From contig OY969763.1 in assembly GCA_963702845.1 (NCBI GenBank), positions 5,248,001-5,312,000 on the forward strand: a DNA stretch of 64,000 nucleotides. Reading direction: 5' to 3'. Shown here piece after piece: positions 1-8,637 of this stretch (positions within the stretch are counted from its first letter, which is position 1; every line of letters begins with the position of its first letter). The position numbers and the translations under genes were made by a program. This stretch comes from an uncultured Verrucomicrobiae bacterium. Its GTDB lineage: Bacteria > Verrucomicrobiota > Verrucomicrobiia > Limisphaerales > Palsa-1400. Under the pieces are notes generated by a model. It did no database searches and was not told the origin of the DNA. It saw only the letters and a list, made by a program, of their open reading frames with translations.

Positions 1-1251
1 GGCGACGTCTGGATTTCCAGTCGCGACGAAACGCAGGCAAAGCTGGTTGTCGAAGATTGCCGGAATTTTGCCAACGTGCTGGACGTCGGCGCGCGTGCTT
101 TTAGCGAACTCGTTTTTGACGCAGCTAATTCCAGCGCGTAGACGATCGAGTTCGCCAATAACACGCGCATTCACTCGATGTCATCGAATCCCGACGCGCT
201 AGCCGGCAAACGCGGCGATCGCGTCCTGGACGAGTTCGCGCTCCACCCGGACCCGCGCAAATTGTATTCCATCGCCTATCCCGGCATCACGTGGGGTGGG
301 AGCCTGGAAATCTTTTCGACGCATCGCGGCACGGACAATTATTTCAACGTGCTCATCAACGAGATTTTGCACGGCGGAAATCCGAAAGGGTTCAGTTTCC
401 ACCGTACCACGTTGCAGGACGCGCTCGACCAGGGGTTCTTGCACAAACTGCAAATGAACTTGCCACCGGAGGATCCGCGCCAGCAAATGGACGAAGCCGA
501 TTACTTCAACTTCATCCGCGCCGGTTGTCCCGACGAGGAGACGTTTCAACAGGAGTATATGTGCGTGCCCGGCGATGATGCCTCGGCGTTCTTGTCGTAT
601 GACCTGATTGGGTCGTGTGAAGGGCCGGAGCCTGCGCCAATCACGGACAGCTCCGAACTTTACGTGGGAGTCGATATCGGACGTGAGCGCGACCTGACGG
701 TGATTTGGGTCCTGGAAAAACTCGGGGACGTTTTTTACACGCAATTCGTGCATGTGATGAATTGCGAAACGTTCGATGCCCAGGAAAGCGCGCTCTATGC
801 GTTGCTCGAAGATCGGCAGGTGAAACGCTGTTGCATCGACCAAACCGGCATCGGCCGCCAATTCGCCGAACGCGCGCAAAAGCGGTTTGGGAAATACCGG
901 ATCGAAGGGATCAGCTTCACGAGCGCCGTGAAAGAGGAACTCGCGTATCCGGTGCGCTCGGCGTTCGAATCGCGGGCATTACGAATTCCCGTCGACCCGA
1001 AAATCCGCGCCGATTTGCGGGCGATCAAAAAGGAAATCACTGCGAGCGGCAACATCCGCTTCACCGCCGATCGCGGTGAAAACGGTCACTCGGACCGCTT
1101 CTGGGCCTTAACCCTGGCCTTGCACGCCGGCAGCCGCCCACCAAGCAGCGGGCCCATCGGCGCATGTGGCGTAAACAATGTCCTGAAGGGGCGATTGGCA
1201 TCATCAATCACCCCTTCAGGACATCCTCTTTACAAGAGCCGACTTCGGTAG
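1..1251 (+). CDS. Mu-like (gp28-type) phage terminase large subunit; starts before the window; in-frame TAG at 139-141
   Basis: Frame 1 is open from base 1 (GDVWISSRDETQAK...) except for TAG at 139-141. It carries Walker B-like RVLDEFA, FSTHRG, nuclease-domain YVGVDIGRERDLTV, CIDQTGIG and GHSDRFWALTLALHA. Confidence 0.85.
1178..1224. repeat. 20-bp stem hairpin in the terminase 3' tail, upstream of gcvH
   Basis: Arms atgtcctgaaggggcgattg (1178-1197) and caatcaccccttcaggacat (1205-1224) with a 7-nt loop. The single mismatch becomes a G-U pair on the minus strand. Confidence 0.85.
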
Positions 1252-1268
1252 CAATCTGACGAATATCT

Positions 1269-1652
1269 ATGAGTAACGTTCCGGGTGATTTGAAATTCGC
1301 CAAAAGCCACGAATGGGTCCGCTTGAATGGAGATATCGCGACGGTCGGTATCAGCGACCACGCGCAGCATGAATTGACCGACGTGGTGTTCGCCGAGGTG
1401 CCGCAGGTCGGGCGCAAAGTGAAGGCCGGCGAGGCGACGGCAGTGGTGGAATCGGTGAAGACGGCGAGCGATGTTTATTCGCCGGTCAGCGGAGAGATCG
1501 TGGAAGCGAACGCTGAGTTGACCTCAAATCCGGAACTGGTGAACAAGGAACCTTACGGTAAAGGTTGGTTTTTCAAGGTAAAGCTGTCGAACCCATCGGA
1601 ACTGAATTCGTTGATGGATGCGACAGCTTATACCAAGCAGATTTCAGGCTAA
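1269..1652 (+). CDS. gcvH: Glycine cleavage system H protein
   Basis: [21 protein letters not shown], lipoyl-lysine motif [25 protein letters not shown]; 127 aa. Confidence 0.97.
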   Translation: MSNVPGDLKFAKSHEWVRLNGDIATVGISDHAQHELTDVVFAEVPQVGRKVKAGEATAVVESVKTASDVYSPVSGEIVEANAELTSNPELVNKEPYGKGWFFKVKLSNPSELNSLMDATAYTKQISG

Positions 1653-2045
1653 TCACAGCCTTGCCATTGCGGCTTCGATCTGGCGCAAGGTTTCCGGGGT
1701 GAGGCCTTTCTTGGCTTCGGGTTTTTCCAAAGCTTCCTGGACCTTCTGCTTTTGCGCGGTGACGTTTTCTTTGTACATCGCCAACTCGAGTTCGACCTTG
1801 AGCCGTTTGGTTCGTTCGCTCGTTTGCTCGAGGATTGTGCGGGCAAGCTCGAGGTATTCTTTCTGATTCTGGATATTCGTCTTCAACTTGCTCAAATCGA
1901 ACGATTCGAGCAGGTCGTTGATTTGATGGGCGAGCAACGTTTCGTTTAACGCGTTGGCGTCGATTTTGTGTTTTGTTTCCAGCTCGCGCGCCCAGTCGAG
2001 GGCCGCGCGGCTGCGGTTTTGTTTTGTTTCAGTTTCGGTGTTCAT
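1653..2045 (-). CDS. Mu gp27/DUF3486-like (terminase small subunit-like) protein, apparently only the C-terminal half
   Basis: 130 aa helical protein ending KGLTPETLRQIEAAMARL, resembling the C-terminus of DUF3486-type proteins. It follows the lysis-like genes, as in Mu gene order. Confidence 0.55.
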   Translation of the reverse strand: MNTETETKQNRSRAALDWARELETKHKIDANALNETLLAHQINDLLESFDLSKLKTNIQNQKEYLELARTILEQTSERTKRLKVELELAMYKENVTAQKQKVQEALEKPEAKKGLTPETLRQIEAAMARL

Positions 2046-2052
2046 AGTGGTC

Positions 2053-2373
2053 CTATTCGTTTGAGATTTTGCCGCGGATATAGGCGACGTCTTCGGCCAC
2101 GCGATTTATTTTTTCGTATAAATCGGCGAGGCTGCGGGCGCGTTCGATGGTGAATTCGCGGAAGCGTTCGTCCATTTCGCCCCGCAACAGTTCGTGCCGA
2201 CGCTCGCAATCGGCGGAAAGCCGCTTGATGTCGTCGGTGATGATTTGGTTTTTGCCGAAGAGTTTTCGGCAACGTGCAGTAACTTCGAGGGCGAGATAGC
2301 TTACGGCTAGCGCGCCGGTGAGGCCCAGGAGCCAGTTGGCGGTGATGGGCCAAGGGATGTTTTCGGGTGTCAT
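2053..2373 (-). CDS. Phage membrane-anchored coiled-coil protein (Mu gp25/DUF2730-like)
   Basis: ATG at 2373 (MTPENIPWP...), one N-terminal TM helix (WLLGLTGALAVSYLAL), then a coiled coil ending VAEDVAYIRGKISNE. Confidence 0.55.
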   Translation of the reverse strand: MTPENIPWPITANWLLGLTGALAVSYLALEVTARCRKLFGKNQIITDDIKRLSADCERRHELLRGEMDERFREFTIERARSLADLYEKINRVAEDVAYIRGKISNE

Positions 2374-2400
2374 AATTAGTTTTCTAGTGTTCAGATTTTT

Positions 2401-2446
2401 CGGAGTGCGGGCGTCTCGCGCTGCGGACGTGGACGTCCGCACTCCG
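2401..2446. repeat. REP-like GC-rich inverted repeat
   Basis: cggagtgcgggcgtct (2401-2416) pairs with ggacgtccgcactccg (2431-2446); intergenic. Confidence 0.7.
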
Positions 2447-2452
2447 GAAGTT

Positions 2453-2706
2453 TCATTTTTGTAGTTCTTCAATCCGGTCGGCCACGGCTTTGCGATAGCG
2501 TTGGTATTTCGCCATTGGGCATAAACACGCCGTCGGCCGGCACGTGGAGGACCTGGTTTGATTTCACGAATGTTTCAGTTTGGTCGGCGCTGATCACCAC
2601 TACTCGTGGCGCGTTGCAGGCGGTCGAGCTCATCCAGATCGCTGTTGCTGTGCAGAGCAGCAGCGTTGGAATTTTGCGTGGCGATGTCGCGGTCGATTTT
2701 GTTCAT
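2453..2706 (-). CDS. Putative o-spanin-like lipoprotein (frameshifted; absent from the ORF track)
   Basis: Removing one T of tttt at 2697-2700 gives MNKSTATSPRKIPTLLLCTATAIWMSSTA-C-NAPRVVVISADQTETFVKSNQVLHVPADGVFMP..., a signal peptide plus Cys. It stops at 2469, or at 2453 (…MAKYQRYRKAVADRIEELQK) if a second 1-nt indel near 2515 is corrected. Confidence 0.5.
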
Positions 2707-2818
2707 AACGGTTTTTGTTTTGTATTCGTGGATCGTTGGTTTGCGCGTCGCGCCGTTTCAGGAACCAAAAAATGATTCCCAAAACGAGCGACACGAGGCT
2801 GATGATCGCGGTTGTCAT
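2575..2818 (-). CDS. Putative i-spanin-like protein (frameshifted at 2697-2700)
   Basis: N-terminal TM (MTTAIISLVSLVLGIIFWFLKRR). The same 1-nt correction gives an 80-aa ORF continuing RYEQIDRDIATQNSNAAALHSNSDLDELDRLQRATSSGDQRRPN. Its start overlaps the upstream stop (ATGA). Confidence 0.55.
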
Positions 2819-3132
2819 TCCTTTGGTTCGGGTTTGATGCCGAGGGTCGGCAGTTTGATTGAGCCAATGAAATCAAGGCCGAAGCTCAACCACTTATAGA
2901 CCGGGCCGGTTTCGAAGTGTTGCAGGCGACCGTATTCCTCGGGCGAGCAGTTGGCTTTGATGTAGCTATCGAGCAGCGCCATGACGGGCTTGAAGAGGAC
3001 ACGCAGCGCGCCGATGACGAGCAGCGAAGTCGCAAGCCAGGGATAGTGCTGGGCGAGGTTGATGAAGAAGCCGGCGATGCCTGAGTCGGCGAGCGACGCG
3101 GGGTCGGCGGTGATTTGGGCCAGTAGTTTCAT
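2815..3132 (-). CDS. Putative holin-like membrane protein
   Basis: ATG at 3132 preceded by GGAG; 105 aa with hydrophobic helices (WLATSLLVIGALRVLFKPVMALL) and a charged C-tail. First gene of the lysis-like cassette. Confidence 0.5.
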   Translation of the reverse strand: MKLLAQITADPASLADSGIAGFFINLAQHYPWLATSLLVIGALRVLFKPVMALLDSYIKANCSPEEYGRLQHFETGPVYKWLSFGLDFIGSIKLPTLGIKPEPKE

Positions 3133-3358
3133 ATGTTTTGATCTCCGAAAGACGGCGGCCGTTTTGGCTGGACTGAATCCGACATCCGGTTTTCGTGGGC
3201 CGGAGGTTGCCGTCACGAAATGGTTTTACCGTGTAACCGCTACTTGTGCAAAAACTGTAGGGAAAGGAGGGAAACCAGGGAAAGAAACAGCACTTTTATA
3301 TGACAAAAAGCGGTGTTTTTAGGCTGGTGGCATGGTTCTTGAGTGATTGGAAGGCTGG

Positions 3359-3433
3359 TTTTAGCCACGGATGAAACACAGATTTCTCTTGAACATCATC
3401 CGTGTTTCATCTGTGTTTTATCAGTGGCTAAAA
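3359..3433. repeat. Dispersed palindromic repeat (REP/MITE-like)
   Basis: ttttagccacggatgaaacacagat (3359-3383) and atctgtgttttatcagtggctaaaa (3409-3433) are 23/25 complementary, with an internal extra unit atccgtgtttcatc. Confidence 0.8.
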
Positions 3434-4227
3434 TAACTCCTCTTACTGTTCGTCGCGCTTTCCTCCTGTGCGCGGTCGCGTTCACACTCAACCTCCACGC
3501 CGCCGAGACCTTTCGCGTGATGACTTACAATATTCACCACGGCGAAGGGCTCGACCATAAGGTTGATCTTCCGCGGATTGCCGCGCTCATCAAACGTGAA
3601 AAGGCTGACATCGTCGCGCTGCAGGAGGTGGATAAAGGTGTCGCGCGCACGGACCGTCGTGACCTGACTGCCGAGCTCGCCAAGCTCACCGGGATGACAG
3701 GGGTCTTCAGCAATAATCATCCCTATCAAGGCGGCGAATACGGTAACGCCATCCTGTCTCGGTTTCCTGTTCTGACGCGCACGAATCTTCATTATCAGAT
3801 GTTATACACCAACGAACAACGCGGCGCGCTGCAGGTGACGGTCGACGTGGGCGGCAAACAACTCTATTTCTTGGACACCCATGTTGACTTTCGTCCTGGC
3901 GACGCGGAACGGTTGAAAAATGTGGGAGAACTCAAACAATTGGTGGCCGCGCACCACGAGTTGCCGATTATTATCTGTGGCGATTTCAACTCGAAACCTG
4001 ATTCCACCACGTATAAAGCGATGGCGGCGATTTTGGACGATGCGTGGGTTTTGGTTTCCAAAGATCCCGGTTATTCGTTTCCCGCTGACGCGCCTGATCG
4101 GCGTATTGATTACCAGTGGGTGTCGCACGGGTCTGTGATTCCAGTCCGGGCGTGGGTTCCGGAAACCGAAGCGTCGGATCATCGGCCGGTGATGGTTGAA
4201 TACAAACTCAAGTCGCCTACGAATTAG
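3424..4227 (+). CDS. Secreted endonuclease/exonuclease/phosphatase (EEP) family protein
   Basis: VMTYNIHHG, DIVALQEVD, YGNAILSR, ICGDFNS, RIDY, SDHRPV, plus a signal peptide. The GTG start at 3424 is inferred; the longer ORF from 3343 translates the repeat. Confidence 0.9.
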   Translation: MAKITPLTVRRAFLLCAVAFTLNLHAAETFRVMTYNIHHGEGLDHKVDLPRIAALIKREKADIVALQEVDKGVARTDRRDLTAELAKLTGMTGVFSNNHPYQGGEYGNAILSRFPVLTRTNLHYQMLYTNEQRGALQVTVDVGGKQLYFLDTHVDFRPGDAERLKNVGELKQLVAAHHELPIIICGDFNSKPDSTTYKAMAAILDDAWVLVSKDPGYSFPADAPDRRIDYQWVSHGSVIPVRAWVPETEASDHRPVMVEYKLKSPTN

Positions 4228-4283
4228 GATGAAATAATCGGGTGTTCATTTACGTCTAATTCTCGTAAGCTGAAATTCTCCTG

Positions 4284-6767
4284 ATGAAAGTTGTCGCCAC
4301 AGTTTTGTCTGCATTGTGTTTGCCAGTCGCTTTGTTCGCAAAGCTCACGCCGGACCAGGTCAAACAACTCCCGCCGCCGGCGACGCATAAGATTGATTTC
4401 AAAAACGAGGTTAAACCGATTTTCGAAGCAAGTTGCGTCCGTTGCCATGGTCGTGGACGCACCAAAGGTGGATTTCAACTGGATACGCGCGAGACCCTGC
4501 TGAAGGGCGGCGACTCGGGTGCGGCGATTGTGTCGGGGAAAAGTGACGAGAGTTATTTGATCGCGCTCGTCGCGGGCGTTGATCCCGACAGCGTCATGCC
4601 CAAGAAAGGGACGAAGTTGACCAGCGCGCAAGTCGGCGTGTTGCGCGCCTGGGTGGATCAAGGTACGGCTTGGGATGCGGATATTACCTTCGGCAAAATT
4701 CCCGCGAAAAATCTGACGCCGCGAATGCCCGAGTTGCCCGTGGGCAAAGCGGCTAATCCGATCGATCGGTTCATGGCTCCTTATTACGCGGCGCACAAAG
4801 TGAAGGCGGCCAAGCCGGTGAGCGATCGCGTTTATGCGCGGCGCGTGTATCTCGACACGATTGGTTTGTTGCCTGCGCCGAAGGAGTTGGAAACGTTCGT
4901 CGCCGACAAACACGCTGATAAACGCGAGCGACTCGTGAAACGGTTGCTCGGCGACGACGAAGAATACGCGCAGAATTGGCTGACGTTTTGGAACGATCTT
5001 CTTCGCAACGACTACAAGGGCGCCGGTTATATCGATGGCGGGCGCAAGCAGATTACGAAGTGGCTCTACACCGCCCTTTTGACGAATAAGCCCTTTGATC
5101 GATTTGTCGGTGAATTGATTCATCCCGATACAGAGTCGGAAGGTTTCACGAAAGGCATCGTTTGGCGCGGCGCGGTCAACGCGAGCCAGATTCCGCCGAT
5201 GCAAGCGGCGCAAAGCATCTCGCAGGTGTTCATGGGCATCAACATGAAGTGCGCGTCGTGCCACGACAGCTTCATCAACGACTGGCAACTGGCCGACGCT
5301 TACGGTCTCGCCAATATATATAGTGACGAGGCGCTGGAAATCGCGCAGTGCGACAAACCGACGGGCAAGAAGGCGGCCACGAAATTTTTGTTCCCTGAAC
5401 TCGGCACGGTGCCGGACACGACGAATCGACAGGTGCGACTGGAGGCTTTGGCAAAAATCCTCACGAGCAAACAGGACGGTCGCCTGACGCGCACGTTTGT
5501 GAATCGGCTTTGGCAAAAATTCATGGGGCGTGGGTTGATTGAGCCTGTCGACGACATGGACCAAATCGCGTGGAACCAGGATTTGCTCGATTGGCTCGCA
5601 GAAGATTTGGTGGCGCACGGTTACGACGTCAAACACACCATCGTTCTGATTCTCACGTCGGACGCGTATCAATTGCCTGCGCAAGATTATGGTGAGACGG
5701 CGAAGGACTACGTCTTTCGCGGGCCATCGGTGCGCCGCATGAGCGCGGAACAATTTCGCGATGCGTTGACGAGTTTGACGGGTGTCGGCTATCCGACACC
5801 GGCGGTTGAAGTGACGCCCAAGGACGCGCTTACCAATAAATTCACCGTGCCGAAGTCGTTGAAATTTATCTGGAGCAAAAAGAACGCGGATAAATCTGCG
5901 CCGGCGGAATATGTCTATTTCCGCAAAAAAGCCACTTTACCCTCGGTGCGCGACCTCGATGCCATGGCCATCGTCGTTTGCGACAACAGCTTTACGTTTT
6001 TCGTAAACGGGAAAAAGATCGGATCCGGCGACCAGTTCAAAGAAGGGTATCGCTACGATTTGCGCCCGTATCTGCATGTGGGCGAGAACACGTTTGCCAT
6101 TGAAGCGGTGAATCATCTCGCCGACAACTCCTTGCCGAAACGTGATCAGGCTGCGCTTGGCGGAGACAATCCGGCCGGGTTGCTGTTTTACGGACGCATT
6201 CGTTACACGGACAAAGGCGCTCAACGTAGCGCCGATGTGGTTTCCGATGGCACCTGGGTGCAAACAAATAAAATTGTACGCGGTTGGGAACAGCCGGAAT
6301 TTGCCGCGAGCCAATGGCCCAAAGCAGCTGACCTTGGCGCGTTCAACATGGAGCCTTGGCGAGTCACTCGCATTTACCTGGCGACAAAAATGTCTGCGGC
6401 TTACAACGGCAAAGTGCGCGCGTCGCTGGTGGCTGCGGATCCGTTGATGGTGGCGCTGGGCCGGCCGAATCGCGAACAGGTCGTGACAGTGCGCGCATCG
6501 GAAGCAACGACATTGCAAGCCTTGGAACTGACGAATGGCGAAACGTTATCACAGATTTTGAAGCGCGGCGCGGCGGAAATGGCCGGCAAAACCAACAATT
6601 CACGCGACTTGATCGCGACAGTTTACGAACAGGCGCTCGGTCGCAATCCGGTGCGCGCGGAGTTGCAACTGGCGCAAGACACCGTCGGCAAGAAGCCGAC
6701 GAAAGAAGGTGTGGAAGATTTGTTGTGGGCTATGGTGATGTCACCGGAGTTTCAGTTGATTTATTAG
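4284..6767 (+). CDS. Planctomycete-type cytochrome c + DUF1549 (PSCyt2) + DUF1553 (PSD1) protein with an inserted beta-sandwich domain
   Basis: Signal peptide; CVRCH and CASCH heme motifs; RRVYLDTIGLLP, NRLWQKFMGRGLIEPVDD, RRMSAEQFRDAL; C-terminal EDLLWAMVMSPEFQLIY. Confidence 0.9.
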   Translation: MKVVATVLSALCLPVALFAKLTPDQVKQLPPPATHKIDFKNEVKPIFEASCVRCHGRGRTKGGFQLDTRETLLKGGDSGAAIVSGKSDESYLIALVAGVDPDSVMPKKGTKLTSAQVGVLRAWVDQGTAWDADITFGKIPAKNLTPRMPELPVGKAANPIDRFMAPYYAAHKVKAAKPVSDRVYARRVYLDTIGLLPAPKELETFVADKHADKRERLVKRLLGDDEEYAQNWLTFWNDLLRNDYKGAGYIDGGRKQITKWLYTALLTNKPFDRFVGELIHPDTESEGFTKGIVWRGAVNASQIPPMQAAQSISQVFMGINMKCASCHDSFINDWQLADAYGLANIYSDEALEIAQCDKPTGKKAATKFLFPELGTVPDTTNRQVRLEALAKILTSKQDGRLTRTFVNRLWQKFMGRGLIEPVDDMDQIAWNQDLLDWLAEDLVAHGYDVKHTIVLILTSDAYQLPAQDYGETAKDYVFRGPSVRRMSAEQFRDALTSLTGVGYPTPAVEVTPKDALTNKFTVPKSLKFIWSKKNADKSAPAEYVYFRKKATLPSVRDLDAMAIVVCDNSFTFFVNGKKIGSGDQFKEGYRYDLRPYLHVGENTFAIEAVNHLADNSLPKRDQAALGGDNPAGLLFYGRIRYTDKGAQRSADVVSDGTWVQTNKIVRGWEQPEFAASQWPKAADLGAFNMEPWRVTRIYLATKMSAAYNGKVRASLVAADPLMVALGRPNREQVVTVRASEATTLQALELTNGETLSQILKRGAAEMAGKTNNSRDLIATVYEQALGRNPVRAELQLAQDTVGKKPTKEGVEDLLWAMVMSPEFQLIY

Positions 6768-6789
6768 GCATTCGTTCGTTGTCACTCGT

Positions 6790-8202
6790 ATGAAAACTAC
6801 TCGTCGAGATTTTTTGAAAACGGCAAGTGCGGCGACGCTCAGTGCGTTGGCTGCGGGGTATTCGCGGCCAATCTTCGCCGCAGAAACCGAAAAGATTACG
6901 CCGACGGCCGATTGCGTCATCGTGCTGTGGATGGCCGGCGGCATGGCGCACACGGAGACGTTCGACCCGAAACGTTACGCGCCATACGAAAAAGGCATGC
7001 CCACGCAAAAAATGCTGAGCACCTTCCCGCAGATTGATACGAAGGTTGATCACATCAAATTTTCGCAAGGGCTCGAGAACATCGCGAGCGTGATGGATCG
7101 TGGAACGTTGATCCGTTCTTACACCGCAGGCGATCTCGGATTCATTTTGCACTCGCGGCATCAGTATCAATGGCACACCGGTTACGCACCGCCGCAGACC
7201 GTCGCCGCGCCACATATTGGTTCAGTCATCGCGCGCACGCTTGGGCCGAAAAATCCGGCGATGCCGGCCTTCATCGATATCGGACAGAGATTCGACCTCG
7301 GTGAAGCCGAGGAGTTGAAGGCTTTCCACACAGCTGGTTTTCTCGGCAGTGAACATGGGCCGTTTCTGATCGCGAATCCTGAAGAAGCGGTCAAGAGCGT
7401 GCGGCCGCCAGCGGGAATGAGTCCGTCGCGTTTCGAAAATCGCAACACGTTTTACAAGAAGCTCGTTGCGACCAGTCCGATTGCGCAGCACGGCAGTGAT
7501 TTCCAAAAGGACTCGTTGTTGCGCTCGATGGACAATGCGCATCGGTTGCTCAGTTCGACGGCGGCGAAGGCATTCGATCTATCGCTCGAGCCCAAGGAAA
7601 GTTACAACAAATACAACACCGGCCGGTTCGGGCTCGGATGTTTATTGGCACGACGGTTGGTGGAAGAAGGGGCGCGCTTCATCGAAGTCACCACTGAATA
7701 TATTCCCTTTCAATACTTCGACACCCACGAAAACGGTCACACGCGCATGGCGGAATTGAAGAAGACGATCGATGCGCCCATTGCGCAACTCGTGCGCGAC
7801 CTCGATGAACGCGGATTGCTCAATCGCACGCTGATCGTGTTGGCGAGCGAGTTCAGCCGCGACGCGCTCGTCGAAGGCAAACCGGATAAACAGGTGAAGG
7901 GTCAAGTCGCACAACCGGACAATATCGAAGACATGCGTTTTTACGGAATGCACCGGCATTTCACTGACGCCGGTTCGGTATTGATGTTTGGCGGCGGCAT
8001 GAAACGCGGGCACCTGCACGGCCTCACCGCCGACGAGCGTCCATGCAAAACGATCAAGGACCGCGTGATCATCGAAGACCTGCACGCGACGATTTATCGC
8101 GCGATGGGAATTTCGCCGAAGCTCGCCTACGAAATCGAGAAGCGCCCGTTCTATACAACGCGCGACGGCCTGGGTAAGCCGATCATAGACTTGTTCGCGT
8201 AA
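6790..8202 (+). CDS. DUF1501 family protein, Tat-exported
   Basis: TRRDFLK Tat motif, LWMAGGMAHTETFDPK, GCLLARRLVEEGARFIEV, DTHEN, SEFSR, DLHATI. Confidence 0.92.
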   Translation: MKTTRRDFLKTASAATLSALAAGYSRPIFAAETEKITPTADCVIVLWMAGGMAHTETFDPKRYAPYEKGMPTQKMLSTFPQIDTKVDHIKFSQGLENIASVMDRGTLIRSYTAGDLGFILHSRHQYQWHTGYAPPQTVAAPHIGSVIARTLGPKNPAMPAFIDIGQRFDLGEAEELKAFHTAGFLGSEHGPFLIANPEEAVKSVRPPAGMSPSRFENRNTFYKKLVATSPIAQHGSDFQKDSLLRSMDNAHRLLSSTAAKAFDLSLEPKESYNKYNTGRFGLGCLLARRLVEEGARFIEVTTEYIPFQYFDTHENGHTRMAELKKTIDAPIAQLVRDLDERGLLNRTLIVLASEFSRDALVEGKPDKQVKGQVAQPDNIEDMRFYGMHRHFTDAGSVLMFGGGMKRGHLHGLTADERPCKTIKDRVIIEDLHATIYRAMGISPKLAYEIEKRPFYTTRDGLGKPIIDLFA

Positions 8203-8257
8203 CGCAGCCCGCGTGAATTTACCGACCCACGACAATTGTATTTGGCTGGGGGTTTTA

Positions 8258-8286
8258 CTATAGACATGGCGCTCCTAGCGGAGCTT
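8258..8286. repeat. REP-like element
   Basis: ctatagacatggc followed by the hairpin gctcc-tagc-ggagc; resembles short REP families of PVC/Bacteroidota genomes (from recall). Confidence 0.45.
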
Positions 8287-8295
8287 GGGAGCCAA

Positions 8296-8385
8296 AACCC
8301 GAACGACCCGGCCAGTTGGGGTCACAGCGTGACCTGCACCCAATCCAAATACGCGTTGACCGGCTTGGTGAGCGGGACCAAGCTT
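8296..8385 (+). pseudogene. Fibronectin type III-like gene fragment
   Basis: Reads NPNDPASWGHSVTCTQSKYALTGLVSGTK, matching the W...L-T-G-L-x-S-G-T-x strand pattern of FN3 domains. It has no start of its own. Confidence 0.45.
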
Positions 8386-8412
8386 CGGGCCAGCGTAATC
8401 GAGCAACAGACT

Positions 8413-8637
8413 ATGAACGACACGACTCAGCAAGCGCCGCCGCTGGTTTCATCCGCCACGCCCGTTGACCCCAATCGCCGCACCCAATTAAAAGTGGTGG
8501 GTTGGATAACGGCCATTTCCATCCTGAGCATCGTTGGCATGCTCAGCAATTCACCGACTTGGCCAGTGGCGTGCGGGGCAGGAATCCTCGCGGTCATGGT
8601 CATTGTTGTCTGTGGCGTGGTGATGCAGAAGCACTGA
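8413..8637 (+). CDS. Small two-TM hypothetical membrane protein
   Basis: ATG at 8413, 74 aa, two hydrophobic helices. Confidence 0.6.
   Translation: MNDTTQQAPPLVSSATPVDPNRRTQLKVVGWITAISILSIVGMLSNSPTWPVACGAGILAVMVIVVCGVVMQKH

Noticed and set aside
1..3132. Intact prophage
   Set aside because: No integrase, transposase, portal, capsid, tail or endolysin in the window, and the genes are split by gcvH on opposite strands. The sequence left of base 1 cannot be assessed.
4224..5753. Long antisense ORFs (e.g. 4224-5753, 11960-13162, 35139-36323, 44154-45257)
   Set aside because: They are shadows of well-supported genes on the opposite strand in GC-rich DNA and have no recognisable motifs.
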